The notes: generated by a model not told the origin, from the letters alone. A stretch of 63,982 nt of DNA, filler included, from Reclinomonas americana ATCC 50394 (GCA_048213135.1; 13 parts of 13 records of this genome joined end to end with filler, not necessarily neighbours in it); one strand, 5' to 3'. Positions 11,627 through 25,915 are shown, counted from the whole stretch's first letter. Program-made: numbers and translations.

Positions 11627-13023
11627 GATGGTGCGTCACAACAAGAGCAACAACACCACTTTGACAGATGCACAGGGAAGACACGCTCTGTTGTCTCTCT
11701 CTTTGCAAAAAGCGGAGAAATTCAACAAGTACCTCTTCCTTCTCTCCCTTTCTCTCTTGCACGCACACACAGAGTGGGGAATAACACTGACACAGAACAA
11801 GAACGCACGAGCTCACTTCTGCTCAACAGCAGCAGCAAGTCGGTAAGCAAACCAGTCGTGGGACTTCGAAGTTGTCCACGCTGGCTCAAAATGCAGAATA
11901 GCATGTCACCGCGAAGAGACTTGTGACGCGTATACGCGTACACTGTGTTATGGCACACGTACAACGGCCCGAAGCAACAAAAAACTTCACGATTGTACAT
12001 GTGGATCCGAATCCAAAGGCATCCAGGCTTCGCTGAAGGGCCATGCGCGACAAGGAAGAAGAGAACGTGGGCATCCGATTACTAAGCTGGTCGTTTCGCA
12101 GCTCAGAATCTGAGCTCGAGCTCAATGCCTTGCGAATTCGCGATCGAATTCGCACAAAAGGCGGACAGCATGGTCAAGCTTAGGCCCCTGCAAACAGAAG
12201 TGCAGTAACTCCAAAAGCTCATCCCTCTACATCAACGCTAAGAACGTACCATTCTTGGTCTGCCGAAACTCCCTGCATTGGCAATTGGGACTTTTCTTCC
12301 AGAGGAACAGCAGTCACAACAAACGGGGGCTTTTCATTTGCAATCACTCTTTCCAGTAGGGTCAAGGGCGGAGACCGCCATGTCGCGCATGCTCGCGGGC
12401 AAATCGTCACGGAGACGATCACCGGCACCCTTGGCACCAGTGTTGCTGGCTGCGCCGTCTTGCGAAGACATGAGTTGACGAGGGAGGTTGGGTTTGGGGC
12501 GTGGAGAGAACGAAAAAATTGCTTGAGAAACTTCTGCTCTTTGTGAATACAAACAAGAGAAGAACGGACAGATACAATTGGATTACGATTGTGACTGCTC
12601 CGTTCTTCTCTTCCAGAAACCTCAGTATACTAAACAAACAGTAACTATCACTTTCGAATTCTTTCGAGTATCGGATCGTTATCCGGATCCTCTTGTTCAG
12701 CAACACGAAGGCAATCAACCTTCATAGTCGACGCAGCAACACAGCTACGTTATTATCGCCGTCTCGAATGAGCAGCAGGCATCACGGAATAGCTTGTTCG
12801 AATTTGAATATTTTGAAAATATTGATATCGCTGTGCAGGTCGCAGTTGCCGGTGCTCACTCAAGATGGCGATCATCGTGCAGTTGTATTGCTCTCTGGAA
12901 TAGAAAGAGTTGCTAATTCAGCTGCGACAAGAGGACGCAGTTTGCTGAAAATCCGATATCGCAGCGCTGCGCACGACGAAATTGCAAACCACCAACCTCG
13001 CTCCATTTCTCCTCTTCGCAACC

Positions 13024-13200
13024 ATGTCGATGCGCCGACGCGCAGCCTACGAAAGCAGCAGCAGCAGCAGCGCGAATGCATACGCGCCTGCTGCAGCTGC
13101 GCCACCACACAACAATCATCATCATCATCATCAGCAGCAGCAGCAGCAACAGAGTCGTGCGGCGGTGGAGGATGAGGCGCGTCAAGTCGCCATTGATCAG
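13024..13200 (+). CDS. First exon of a hypothetical protein (Ser/His/Gln low complexity); possibly the 5' end of the gene continuing at 14590
   Basis: ATG followed by MSMRRRAAYESSSSSS...HHHHHQQQQQQQ...VAIDQ, then a GT donor into a microsatellite-rich intron. Confidence 0.45.
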
Positions 13201-13490
13201 GTCTGGAAAGGGAGAGAGAGGGAGAGAGGGAGGAGGAGGAGAGAGGGAGAGAGGGAGGGGTGAAGGAGTGTGTGTGTGTGAGAGAGAGAGTGTGCTTCAC
13301 AGTCATCACAATGTCTCGTCTTTCTCTGCGTGTGTGAGTGTGAGAGTGTGAGAGAGAGTGTGTGTGTGTGCGTGTGTGAGTGACACTGCTGTGAGTTGCA
13401 CTCTTTGCAAGTGTGTCTTCACTTTCTTCTCTTTCTTTGTGAATGTGTGAGAGACAGTGTGTGCGTGAGAGACAGTGTGTGCGTGAGAGA

Positions 13491-13545
<55 letters not shown>

Positions 13546-13687
13546 GTTGTGTGTGTGTGTGAGTGTGCGAGTACGAAACCTGTTCGTNNNNNNNNNNNNN
13601 NNNNNNNNNNNNNNNNNNNNNNNNNNNNNNNTTAATTAATTAANNNNNNNNNNNNNNNNNNNNNNNNNNNNNNNNNNNNNNNNNNNN

Positions 13688-13760
<73 letters not shown>

Positions 13761-14589
13761 ATAGAGTATGGGAGACTCGTAGACTTGGAGATAGGTAGAG
13801 AGAAAGAGAGAGGCTGGGAGAGAATGGGAGACTGGGAGACTTGGAAAGAGAAAGGGAGAGGAATGAGAAGAGTGAGAGCTGGGTGAGAAAAGCAAGACGT
13901 TGCCCTGTGCTCATCATTCGCACGGGGAGGCGATTCAGTTGCCTCGCTTTCCCTCCTGTACGCGCGCTTGCGCAACTCATTCTACAGAGCCTGTGCATCT
14001 CTCTCTCTCTCTCTCACTATCCTCACGCACCAAGATCGTTCACGCTGAGAGGAGAGTGCAGGAGTGAGGATGATTCTGACCAACTCGTCTGTGAAGTGCA
14101 TATCTCTCTCTCTCTTTCTCCCTCTCTCTGTCTCTGTGTGTGTGTGTGCGTGGGTGTCACTCAATCGCTCTCTCATACGTACCGAGGTCTTTCGTAATGA
14201 GGGGAGATAGAACCTGGGAAGGCAATTCAGTCGCCTTGCGCTTGTACAATATGGATGCACGCTCTCGCTGCCCCGCGAGCGCCCGCACTTCTCATTCTGC
14301 AGCGAGAGCAGCGATAGTGACGTAGCTGTGTATATCGCTCTATACCACACGCATAGAGGAAGAAGCGCAGGTAAGAGGATTATTCCCCCGCGCACTCGTT
14401 CGTGCACTCTGTAGCGATGCAGGAGTTTGACTTTTACCATCTCCTCTCTGTGACGCATTCGCCCTTGCATACACGTCACCTTGCGTGCCTCTCCCTGCTT
14501 CATTCGCTTTGTCGCTCATCCTTTCGCTTTCCCCACTCTTGCACAATGCACACAATTCTACCTAGATTGTGAGATCTCCTCCCCACACC

Positions 14590-17500
14590 CACGCCCATCC
14601 CCTCTTTACAGGAGGACGACATGACCCTGGAGGAATTCCGCGAAGTAGTCGCCGGCTACGACGACTCCTACCTCGAAGACGTGCTGTGGTTCGTCGAGCA
14701 CGTGGTCCACGTGGAGAAGGAGATGCGTCAAAAATGGCGCGAGTCGGTCGAGCGATGGCAGGTCGCCGTGTCATTCCTCAACGACAAGGGTATGTTCTCC
14801 CTCTCCCTCTCCACTATTCCTCGCTCCATTCCTCACCCTCGCCCACCCAGGTCTCGGCCCGGTGCTCCTCGACGTGGCATCCGAGCGTGTTCGTCGGTGG
14901 CTGGAGGTGCGACTCGACGCGCCGCCCACCCTCGACACACTGCTCGACATGGTGGCCGCGGGCGAGGACACGCCGCACGCCGCCAATGCAAATGGTGGCA
15001 GACGGAGCAGTGCAAGTGCCGGTGCCTCCTCGGGAGCCTCGGGCGATAAGCATGCGCGGCTGGGTCTGTCGTTGGGCGAGGCGGAGGTGCTGTTTGCCGA
15101 CGAGACTTTCGAGGGCGTCGACCAGGCGTACTCGCGCGTCGAGCCGCTGGTCAAGGTGTTTGGCATTCTGGCCAACGTGCGACCGACGACGGATCGCCGT
15201 CGTGTGGAACGGTCAGAGGAGACGGAGCGGGACTTGTTGCAGGATCTCATCGAGCTGAATGCTTGTTGCGTTTGTGGGGAGGAAGCTTGTTTATGTGGTG
15301 GCGGATTCTCATTCCCCTTCGCCTTCGCCTTCCCCTTTTCCTCCGCCAGTCGTCCCTCAATTCCGCGACGACCTCACCATGCTGCGCGCCTGGGCCGCCA
15401 CCTGCGTCAAACTGGACGCCCTGGCCCTGCTCGTCATGTGCTCCGAGGTCGACATGGACACCATGACCCCTTCCCTGCTCTCCCTCTCCACGCAGATTCG
15501 CGATCTGTGCACTCGTTACGTCCTCCAAACATCTCTTCGTCACAAAGCGGTGCTCACCTCATTTGCAGAGACCATTTGCGCCATTCTGGACCTGCACTTT
15601 GAGCGCAGCGATCGGCCGCTGGACGAGGAGATCAAGCTCAAGACGCGCGTCTTTGCCGAACTCACCAAGAAAATCATTCCCGCCCACCGCACTCGCACCA
15701 TCAGCGACTGGGTCTCGTGCCTCGTGTGCACCGGCACCGACAAGCAGCGCGGCAAGGGCCTGGCCGACTTGCTCGCGTGGGAGAAGCGGCGAATCATGAC
15801 GGCGTCGGTTGCGTCTCCTCACTTGTCTTCTGTCTTTCCTCGCGAAACACTCAATGTCGATGGCGTGAACAGGAGTCGTCTGAGTTGCAGTCGAGTGTGA
15901 TGTGCACAACACGCGTGCTGGAGGTGCTGGCGCGGCGGTTAAACTTGAACTCGCATCACGGTGTGTCAGTGAGGAGTAGAAGGGGCGATGTATTCAATTC
16001 TCTCATGCAAGTGTGATATACAGGCATGCACGAGTCGCGCACGCCACTTCGTATGCACATCATCCGCCTCATCTTCAACATTCTTGCTGGAGCCGGCGAC
16101 GAGGGTCGACTGATGTTCCGCGAGGCACGATGTTGCGATTGCATCTCCTTCCTATCTCGTCGGCGGCGAATTCTGCCATCCTCATCCTGTTACTCCATGT
16201 CTCTCTCCCTCTCAATCTTGCTTTTCACTCTGTCGGTTCATTCAAGTCTTCGTTTTCGCCCATCCTTCTTTCGTTTTCCTTTCCTATCGTGGTGCTTTGT
16301 GCTGCGAACGCGGGTACTGTGTTTCTCTATCTGTTTCTCGCTCTACCCCTTTCGCTCTCTCCCTCTCGCTCTCCCACTGTCCCCTCTCGCTCTCCCCTTC
16401 TCGCTCTCCCCCTCTCACTCTCCCCTCTCACTCTCCCCTCTCGCTCTCCCCTTTCGCTCTCCCCTCTCCCTCTCCCCTCTCGCTCTCCCCTCGCTCTCCC
16501 TTTTCGCTGCTCCCCTTTTCGCTGCTCCCCCTTTCGCTCTCCCCTGCTCGCTCTCCTCTTCTCTCCCACTCTCGCTGCCCCTCTCGCTTCCCTCTCACTC
16601 TCTCCCTGTCGTCGCCCTCTTGTCTCTCCCCCTGCTCGCTCTCCCCCTCTCCCTCNNNNNNNNNNNNNNNNNNNNNNNNNNNNNNNNNNNNNNNNNNNNT
16701 TAATTAATTAANNNNNNNNNNNNNNNNNNNNNNNNNNNNNNNNNNNNNNNNNNNNCCTCTCCTCTCCTCTCCTCTCCTCTCCTCTCCTCTCCTCTCCTCT
16801 CCCTCTCCCTCTCCCTCTCCCTCTCCCTCTCCCTCTCCCTCTCCCTCTCCCTCTCCCTCTCCCTCTCCCTCTCCCTCTCCCTCGCCCTCGCCCTCTCCCT
16901 CTCCCTCTCACCCCCTCCTTCCCCTCCTTCTCCTCACCCACTTTCCCTCCCCTCCCTCCATTCCCCTCACCCACCCCTTCCCCCTCGCAGGCATGTTCTC
17001 CTTCTGCGAAATCCTCCGCGGCAAGTTCGGCGTCGTCCGCTGCAAACTGCCAACACAATACTCCATGGAGGAGTACGACTTTGACGACCACGTCGTATTC
17101 GAGTGTGCAAACAGGGTGCGTGATTCACATCTCTCCTCAACCCTCTCCATTGCCTCACTTTCCTCTTTCAGTACTACGAGGACGACCACTCCGACGACAT
17201 GTTTTTCGGCCCGAAGGATCAACAAAAGGTGGTCGAGGTGCTGATGGCGCTGCGCAACGAGAGTGTGTGGGGCGCCGACGGATTGGCGGAGGAGCTGGCC
17301 ATGTGCCCGCACGTCTTCGAGGCCTTTATGCAGTACGGCAGCATGTTTCGTCTTCCTTCCCCTTTCCCCTCCTCCTCCTTGATCATCTTGCTGATTCGCG
17401 TCTCCCGCAGTCCCCTCCCGCTGCTCGACAGCCTGTTCGAATCGAAACACGCGGAGCTATACGCAGCAACGCTGCTGACACACAGCAAGGGCGAGGTGGC

Positions 17501-20500
17501 GAAGCGCTACTTCCCCTTCCTGCTGCCCGACTCGCCAGTGGCCCTCACGCTGCCTGCCTGCCATCCGATTTCGTGCCTCGGCATTGGCGACGATCGGCTG
17601 TGCGAGATGCTGGAGACCATGTGTCTGCCGCTCGGGCGCAGCGTCACTCTGCAGTGGTACGGTGCCTTCCGTCAGTTCCTCTGCGCCTTCAACGTGGAGG
17701 AGACGCCGAAGAAGCGCACCTTGCAACTGTTGGCGCACGCCGCTCCCATTCGCGACGGCGATGTTCATCGTGAGTGTGCTGTGTGGGGAATGCGATGGTG
17801 ACGATGACGCCGCTTTGCTCACTGTGATTTTGTGTGTGTGTTTGTTGTTTTTCTCTTCCATTTTATGATTGTGTTTGTGTGCTTTTGTGTGCTTGCGTGT
17901 CTGTGTTTGTGGTTGCATCTCTGCTTGCTTGTGTTTCTTTGCTTGTGGTGTGCTTGTCATTATCTGCTTCATTGTTCATCCATTCGTGCGTACGAATGAT
18001 TGTGCGTCGTGCTTCCGTACATGTGTTGGGTTTGCGGTTGCCTCTGTATGTTATATGCTGTGTTCGTCCCTGCTTTTGTGCTGCAATGTCTGCGTTTGTG
18101 TGTTTTCATTCCTGACTGTGTGTGCTGCTGTGCTCGGCTGTGCTCGTGCTTGGCATTATCTGCTGCTTTGTTCATCCATTTGTACGTGTTCGGCATTGCG
18201 CAAAATGCTTGTGCTTCACTTTGTGTTTGTGCGTATGTGCGCTCGTCTCTGCTTGCGCCTGCTTCTTTGCATGCGTTGTTTTCGTTTGTCGCTGTGTTCG
18301 TGTGCTACTTTGCCTGCATTGCATTTGTGGTTACCCTTGTGTGTTATTCGCTGTGTTCATTCCTGCTTGTGGGTGCTGTGTTTGCTTTTGCACTCCTTTG
18401 ATGTGCTACAATTTGTGCTCGTGCATGTGTGCGCTCGTCCATGCTTGCGTTTTCTCTTTGCATTTGTGTTTGCACTTGCGCTTTCGTGTTCATTCTTCGT
18501 GCTTGTTCATACCGCATGTTGTTTGTGCGTCATCATCCCTCCTTTCTCCTTTTCATCCCTTCGTCCTTGTTATCTTGTACTCCTTTGCCCGCACAGAAAT
18601 CTTCGCCTCGGTCCACAACCTGCTGATGAGATACCGCATCAGCGTCGGTGTGCGTGACGTGCGACGCATGGCCACCACCCTCAGCGGTGTGGCCGTGGAG
18701 CCACCAAGCAGACCATCATCACCTCTGCCCGACGCCAAGGTTTCAACCATCTCACCTCTTTTCACCTCCACCACCCACTCACCTCTTCGCTCCCAGTATT
18801 CATACGCTGGCACACGACCGAATTCCGTCATGACATCGGTAACTTTCGGCGACGTTGAATCTCGTCCGTACTCGCCCACAGCCGGCGGCTCCTTTGGCAA
18901 GCGCCACAACCTGGACGCTCCCAGTAGCCCCACCCCCGGCGGCCAGCATCGCGGCGACGCCGGCGGTGAATCACTTCCAGCTGACGATGAATGTGCGTAT
19001 GTTCACACCATTTCTTTACTATGCTTCGTCTTTGCTCAAGAAAGGACGTCACCACAGCCTACGTACGAGTGGAGCAGTTGCGCTCAAGATCCGCGCCACT
19101 CCCGAAAGAGGGCGTAGTCAACGGGTCGACCGGCAACGTCTCCACTCCTGCCGCCGCCGGTGGCAGTCAGTTTGTGGAGTTGGACATTGCAGATCGTCCG
19201 CCAAACCCCATTCCGCCGTCGCGCATGTCGGTCAACAGCCACGGTGAGTCATCTTGCAAGAACACGAAATACTCTTTCCAAATTTCTCATCTACCTCCCT
19301 TCCCCGCAGCCGCATCAGAGGCGGTCGCCCTGATCAACGGAGTGGACTCGGAGGATTCCGGATCGCGCAGCCGATCAGCGCCCCTCGGACTCGACGACGA
19401 GACGTCGATGGATGGCGGCGATGCTGGTGATAAGAGCCGCGCCAGCAGTCGACTGGCCGGTGCGTCGCGCCCGCTGAACCCAACCCCCGGCGACGCCTGG
19501 TCCCTGCAGCAATCGTCGTCCTCGTTTGTGCCTCGGCCCATTGATGTGGAAGACGAACCGCACATGCGCTCTTCGTCAGCACCGCCCAAGAAGGGCCACG
19601 ACGACGACGGCACCATGAATCCGCTTGGTGCCTCCGCCGCGAGTGGCCTCGACTTGCCGCCGGTGCCGCTGCCGCGCGCCATTTCCGTCCTCGAGCACTT
19701 TATGCATCGGTGAGGCGCTCTATTGTGCGGGAGTTACTCTTTCATTGCTGATTTTATTTCTCCACAGCGAATCGTACGCCTCCTCGCCACCGCCCGTCGC
19801 CTCACGCGCCTGGGCTGCCTCGCCGTCGTTCGACGCTGTCTCGGGTCGGACGACGGCGCAGGGCGGTGCGCTGGACTTTTCTCGACCCACCAGTCGCCTC
19901 GGCCTCGGCACGCCCGACATGCATAGCGTGCGTTTTGTGGCGTCGTCTTCTTGGTGTGCGTATGTGTATTCTCACTTGGTCCTTGTAGAATCTCACCACT
20001 CCGTACCTGCGTACTCCGTTCAACGCCTCACCAACGTCGTTTGGCATGTCATCCACACTGATGGCACAAGGTGTGCCACAGCCGCACCACCCCCACCAGG
20101 CGCCACCATCGCTGCCGTGGGATGCCGAGTTGTACGCGCAGTCAAGGAGACACGGCCCGATGGCGTCGACCGAGTTGTGGAACACGAACGCGATTGTCAA
20201 GTTGCGTGGTGCTTGTTGTGCTTTCTGTCCTCCTGGTGGTTGACTCATCAACTGCTTGAGCGCAGATCGTGGCACGTGCCGGCATTGGACTTTGCGCCTG
20301 TGGGTTACTTGTCGCAGTCGAATGACATCCTGGAGACGCTGGAGAACATGTACCACCAGCTGCAGGTGTGGCATCGCTTCTGTGCAGTGTGTGACTCTTT
20401 GCCGACCTCTCTCTCGCAGTGCACTCGCTTTTTCTCTTCTCACGACTTCCATAATATTCGCCTTGTCTTCACCTGCACCCTCTCTGCGCAACCTTTAACT

Positions 20501-21021
20501 ATTCTCTTTTCTTATCAGCACACCTTGTCTCGCAGCTATTCTTTTCCTCACACCCTCTTTTCTTCGTCATCTTCCCTCCTTCTCCTCGCCCCCTTCCTTC
20601 GATGTGCAATCGCACTTGTCGCGTGCCTCGCACGATCACATGCCTCCGCTCTTGCTTCTTCCAGCATTCTCCCTGTCTCTGCGTACACCCTCTCCGCTGC
20701 AGCCTTGACTCTGTGACTCCTTCCTCGCACCCTCTTGTCGTAGTTTCACACCTCCAGTACGTCTCAGTTTCTCTCTCTCTCTTCTTCGTTATCTTCCCTC
20801 CTCCTCATTTTCTTCTTCTCAATATCTGCCCTCCTTCTCGTCCTCTTCCCTTCAGTTGTGCAATTCCTCGATCGCACTTAGCCCTTCTCTCGCACCTTCA
20901 CCTGCCTCCGCTCGTGCTTTTCCCACCATTCTCCTTGTTTTTGCGTGCACCCTCTCCGCTGCAGCATTGACACTGTGTCTTCTTCCCCGCCTCTCTCCTC
21001 GTATTTTCACACCTCCAGTGC

Positions 21022-21059
<38 letters not shown>

Positions 21060-22119
21060 NNNNNNNNNNNNNNNNNNNNNNNNNNNNNNNNNNNNNNNNN
21101 NNNTTAATTAATTAANNNNNNNNNNNNNNNNNNNNNNNNNNNNNNNNNNNNNNNNNNNNCCTTCTCTCTCTCCTTCTCTTTCTCCTTCTCTCTCTCCTCC
21201 TCCTCGTCGTCGTCGTCGTCCTTCTTCTGCTTCTTCTCGTTCTCCTCGTTTCGTTCTTCTCCTTCTCCTCCTTCTTCTTCCCTTCCTCCTCCATCTGTTT
21301 CCTCTGCTTCACCTTCCTCCCCTTCTCCCCTCCTCTCCCCCATCGCGCGCTGACCTCGCATACCACCCCAGCCTTCCACGAGTTTATTGTGCTGCGCTCA
21401 TTGACTCTGCGATACCCCAACGACACGCTGGAGAATCTGGTCTCCTCCCTCAACGAGATTGTGCTGGCGCGTCTCTGTCGCCAAAGCACAAACCCTCTTT
21501 GCCGCCCCCTCTTCTCTCAACCTTGTGCTATCGTAGGATATGACGGCGGTGCACGAGTCTGGCAACCTGTTCGTTCTCTGGCAACTCATGGCCTACTTCC
21601 TGTTCGACCTGTGCGGCATTCGCGAGCGTGAGCTCACCGTGCCCAACGGCCTCGAGGTGCGTTGTGCTGGTCGGGCACATGTGGGAAATGTCTCCCTCCC
21701 ACCCCAGCCCCCACTCACTCCCCACTCCTCGCCCATCTGTGCAGGGTCTCTTCCAAAAACTCGGTCTGTCCGCCGAAGTCTTTAGCCTGCTGGCGACCGT
21801 GGTCCGCGACGCGCCGTCCACACTGAAACACACGGACATGGCCCACAACATTAAGCTCACCTACGTCACCTCCATCAAGGGCCCCCTGCCGCAAGTGTGC
21901 TTTGTCAATGTTGCGTGGTTGTGGGTAGACAGCGGACGTGAAAGGCAAAAGGGGCGCAGCTGACTTGGTGTGATGCAGGTCGCCGGTCTGTGGACATTGT
22001 GGACATTGCCGACCTCGCCACAAGACCGCACACAACCGAATTCCAAGCCGTGGTGCGACACAGCGCACGTGGCCAAGTACTTCTCCGCCACCATGGTGCA
22101 ATCGCACAGCGCACCATAA
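14590..22119 (+). CDS. Large multi-exon hypothetical protein, apparently spanning two gaps (helical regions plus Ser/Pro-rich middle)
   Basis: Series of GC-rich coding exons with GT-AG boundaries on one strand (e.g. 14851-15262, 15349-15807, 17411-17770, 18597-18990, 21372-21470, last exon ending ...QSHSAP TAA 22119). Gaps fall in CT-rich introns. No family recognised; may be more than one gene. Confidence 0.55.
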
Positions 22120-22473
22120 TTGCTCCCCTATTTCTTCATCTTTTTTTTTAAAGAAAACCCCCCCGCATTGTAATGGCGTATTCCACGTACTGTGCTTTTC
22201 TCTCTCAATGCGACAGAGAACGCGGCTTGCATGATCCTCGCCGGAAAACATGTCGTGTCGTGTTTCAAACATCGCATCTCATGACAGGTTGCGAACACAC
22301 AATCAATAATTTTCACGCGTTCATTGGTGAGCGAGGAGCATTTGCTGTGTCTGTGTGCGTGTGATTCTCTCCTTCTCTCTCCCTCCCTCCTTCTCTCTCC
22401 CTCTCACACACACGCGCTGTGTGTGTGTGACGACTCTCACTCACATTTCGCGCGCGAATCACAGAGATAAATC

Positions 22474-25307
22474 ATGGCCGATGTGCTGCGCTTTCTTGCG
22501 TGGATATGCGCGGATTTGCACCGTGAAAGACTCACTGTGAATGACATGCCTCACACACGAGATGAGATGGCGGTGAGCGACAGAAAGAGAGAGAGAGAAA
22601 GAGAGTTGTTAAGTGTGTGCATTCATGAATTTTCACGGTTCGTGTTCGTTCGGTTTCTTGACAGGACGAGGTCGAAGACTTTCGCGATGCGGGCTTCCAG
22701 TGCATTGGCGTCGGCCAGGTGCTCCATCAACTTGCTCATGACTACAAGCTATTGTACGTACGGAACCGAGATGAAATCGTCTACAAGCGCAAGTTTGAGC
22801 AGTATCGCAACCTGCTGATTGCCATGTTTGAGGCTGGTGGTGTCGAGCAACAGCCGGCGGCGAATGGTGGGTGGGTTGCGTGGGGTACTGTTGGCCAGCA
22901 TTTGCCAGCGCGGCCGCCGGGTACGCTGCGGCATTTCTTGGTGCAGGCGAGCAATGCGGGACTGGTGGAGGTGCAGCACACGGAGCAGAAGCAGCGTGTG
23001 CGGCTCGCCCGTGCGGGGTATGGTGAGTGTGGCGTTGCTGAGTGGGTGTCTACTTGTCCTCCTCCTCCTCCTCCTCCTCCTCCCCCTTCCTCTACTCACC
23101 CTCTCCTTCCCCTTCCCTTTCCCTCTCCCTCCTCACTCCCCTCCCTTCCTTCCCTCTCTTTCCCCCTTCTCCCTGTTCCCCCCCTCAGCCCCACCTCCCC
23201 CACCCCCACCCCCACCACCCCCGCTGGCCGGCCCGGTGCTGGTGCAGCGCGCTGTGGCAGAAGTCCGTGAAGAGGAGCTGCCACCGCCGGACCTGGTGAC
23301 TCCGTTCGCCCGCGACGGAGTGCACATCGAGCTGAACTACGTGCGAGATGGCATGCTGGCTGCGTTGCCGCGACCCGTCGATGTGTACGCCATTGTCATC
23401 AATCGGAAGCAGGAACAGATCCGCTTTCAGGGTGTCCGATTCCAGCCGGTGTGTTTCCCCACATTCTGCTCTCGTGTACATCCTTTACCTCATCCCTCTG
23501 CATGTGACCATTAGTGGATTCGCACTGAAGTCCGGCACGCGGACACCAATGCACTCTTCACCGACCGTGACCCGGTGCTTGTCGATCCAGACCACCTCGT
23601 TCGAGTCAAGTTCGTCTTTTACCCCCTCGGTGTGTGTATGTGCTGGCGTCGTGTCGCTTGCTGCGCTTGCTTCTAAAGAGACCGCGATTCGCGGCAGGTA
23701 TCGAAATTGAGCGCGACATTGTGTTCGACGTTCTCGTGGTACCCACCGGTCGCCACTTTGTTGTGCGCGGTCGAGTGAAATTCCACAGTCGTCGCTCACT
23801 GGTCGACCAGGGCGTTCAATTCGTGCAGGCGCCCCGATTGCCGCAGTGCGTACGGTGTTGACATTACCCTGCCATGCGCGATTCTTACGTGTTGTGTGTG
23901 CGCTGCAGAGTGCGCACCACGGCATACGTGAACGAATTGGGTTTCCACGATGTGCCTCGTGAATTGCAGTTCAGCGACAAGGCGCGCTCAACCCTTCTGG
24001 AGACTGTCAGTTGCGATTACACCAGTGTAACTGTCTATCATCTTGGCTTGTTGGCTGACATGCGTCCCTCTGCCAGCGGCGAACGAACTGACCATCAACT
24101 TGTACTCCAATCGACTCGTCGGCCTCACACAGTTGGAGGAGTGCGCCGAAATCGTCGAGCTGCTGTCGTATGCGCAAGACAATGTTGCGTCGTCGCCTAT
24201 GGTGAGCGGAAAGTCACGCTTCTCGTGACTGAATTTTTTTCTTGCGTGCAGGTTCAGTTCCGCAGGCAGGCAGCACAGCCACGGTTCGGCGCCGAACCAG
24301 TGTTTGCATTGCAAGTACAAGGCCTGGAGGAGGGACGACCGTCGGTCGTCCGTGGCGACGTTTTGCTGGTACGCCAAGCCGGACGAGGGTCAAATGTGCT
24401 GTGGAAAGGTCGCGTTGTCGAAGTCCGGCTGAGGGAAGTGCTGGTGCTCTTCGATCGCCACCGTGGAGCCGGATTCGACGACCGCGCTATGTACGAAGTG
24501 CAGTTCCAACTCAATCGTCTCTCGTACCGCCGGTGCGTATTGTCTGTTACGCACATGCGCCGGCAGTTCAGTCAACGCTCACAAACTCCCTCCCTACACG
24601 CGCAGAATCTATGATGCGTGCGAGGCGTTGAAGCATCTGTGCAGGAATCCCTATCATCGAGCTGTGCTTGCCAGCGTCTTCTTCCCGACGGTGCTGCCAG
24701 TTCACGCACCCCTCGATGAACCGGTGAGACTGTTTCCTGGTGGAATGCTGTCGCGCAGTTACAGACTACTCACATATCTGTGCGTGTGTCAATCATAGTT
24801 GGCGCCTCTGACGACCTTTTTTGGTCGATACGCTCCCAATGCCATGCAGTTGCGAGCCATTGAGAACGCCACTCTTCCGATTGACACTGGTTGAGTCTCG
24901 CTTCCAACAAGCTGCAATGTCGAGTCTCCTTGCTAACTTATTTCTGTTGCACAGGCTCGCCACTGACGCCGTACGTGGTGTGGGGTCCGCCAGGTGAGTT
25001 TACGGAGAGAAGCTGGGGCTTGCGAAATCATTTAACTCACTGCATGTGCGGCCGATAGGGACGGGCAAGACGTCGGTGTTGGCCGAAATCATCATGCAGC
25101 TGGTGTGCGGAACACGCAGTCATCCGGATGTGGCGATTCTCGCTGTGGCGCCGTCCAACAGGTTAGATGCCACACAAGACGTGCACTGCACTGTTGTTCT
25201 TACCGCGGCTTGCACAGTGCGGCGGACCAAATCCTCGAACGTGTGGCGCAGTCGCAGTACTTTACGCGAGCGGAAAATCGAAGACGTCTCCTCCGCTTCA
25301 ATGCCAT
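22474..25307 (+). CDS. MOV10: MOV10/SDE3/Armitage-like SF1 RNA helicase, 5' part (3' end lost in gap)
   Basis: LQVQGLEEGRPSVVRGD..WKGRV..YEVQFQLNRLSYRR beta-barrel motifs, PNAMQLRAI Q-motif, PYVVWGPP|GTGKTS Walker A, ILAVAPSN|SAADQI motif Ia. Confidence 0.88.
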
Positions 25308-25915
25308 GTGCGTTGTTGTCGTCACATTGTTGCTTGTCCTTCCCCTCCTGCCCTCTTTCCCCTCTTCCTCCTTCGCGTTGTTACACATCTTGTTTTCCAC
25401 GTTGCTCGCCCCTCATCCTCTTTTTCTGCTCACTCCCTCGTTCACTGTTTCCCTCTTTCTCTCCTCAATCTTTCCCTCTTTACTCTCCCCCATCCTTCCC
25501 CCTCCTCTTTCCCCCTTCATGCCCTCCCTCTCCTTTCCCTTCGCACCGATTCCCATTGTTTTTCCCATCGCTCTTTCCGCGTTGCTCACCTCTCCTCCTA
25601 TTCTGTTCACTCCTCGTTCGCTCTTTTCTGTTTCCTTCCTCACTCTTTCACTCTCTTTTGCCCTCCTTCCCCCTCTCTTCCCCTCCTGTCCCTTCCTTTC
25701 CCTCCTGTCCCTTCCTTTCCCCTCCTTTCCCCTCCTTTCCCCTCCTTTCCCCTCCTTTCCCCTCCTTTCCCCTCCTTTCCCCTCCTTTCCCCTCCTTTCC
25801 CCTCCTTTCCCCTCCNNNNNNNNNNNNNNNNNNNNNNNNNNNNNNNNNNNNNNNNNNNNTTAATTAATTAANNNNNNNNNNNNNNNNNNNNNNNNNNNNN
25901 NNNNNNNNNNNNNNN

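Noticed and set aside
11860..12960. Compositionally distinct region with short broken ORFs, possible TE remnant or ncRNA
   Set aside because: No recognisable motif, terminal repeat or RNA structure that I can support.
13446..13500. Three copies of GTGAGAGACAGTGTGTGC resembling a CRISPR-like array
   Set aside because: No spacers; simple 18-bp minisatellite within a GT tract.
17834..18657. Long Cys/Val/Leu-rich ORFs
   Set aside because: Translation of TG-rich intronic low-complexity DNA that lacks stops.
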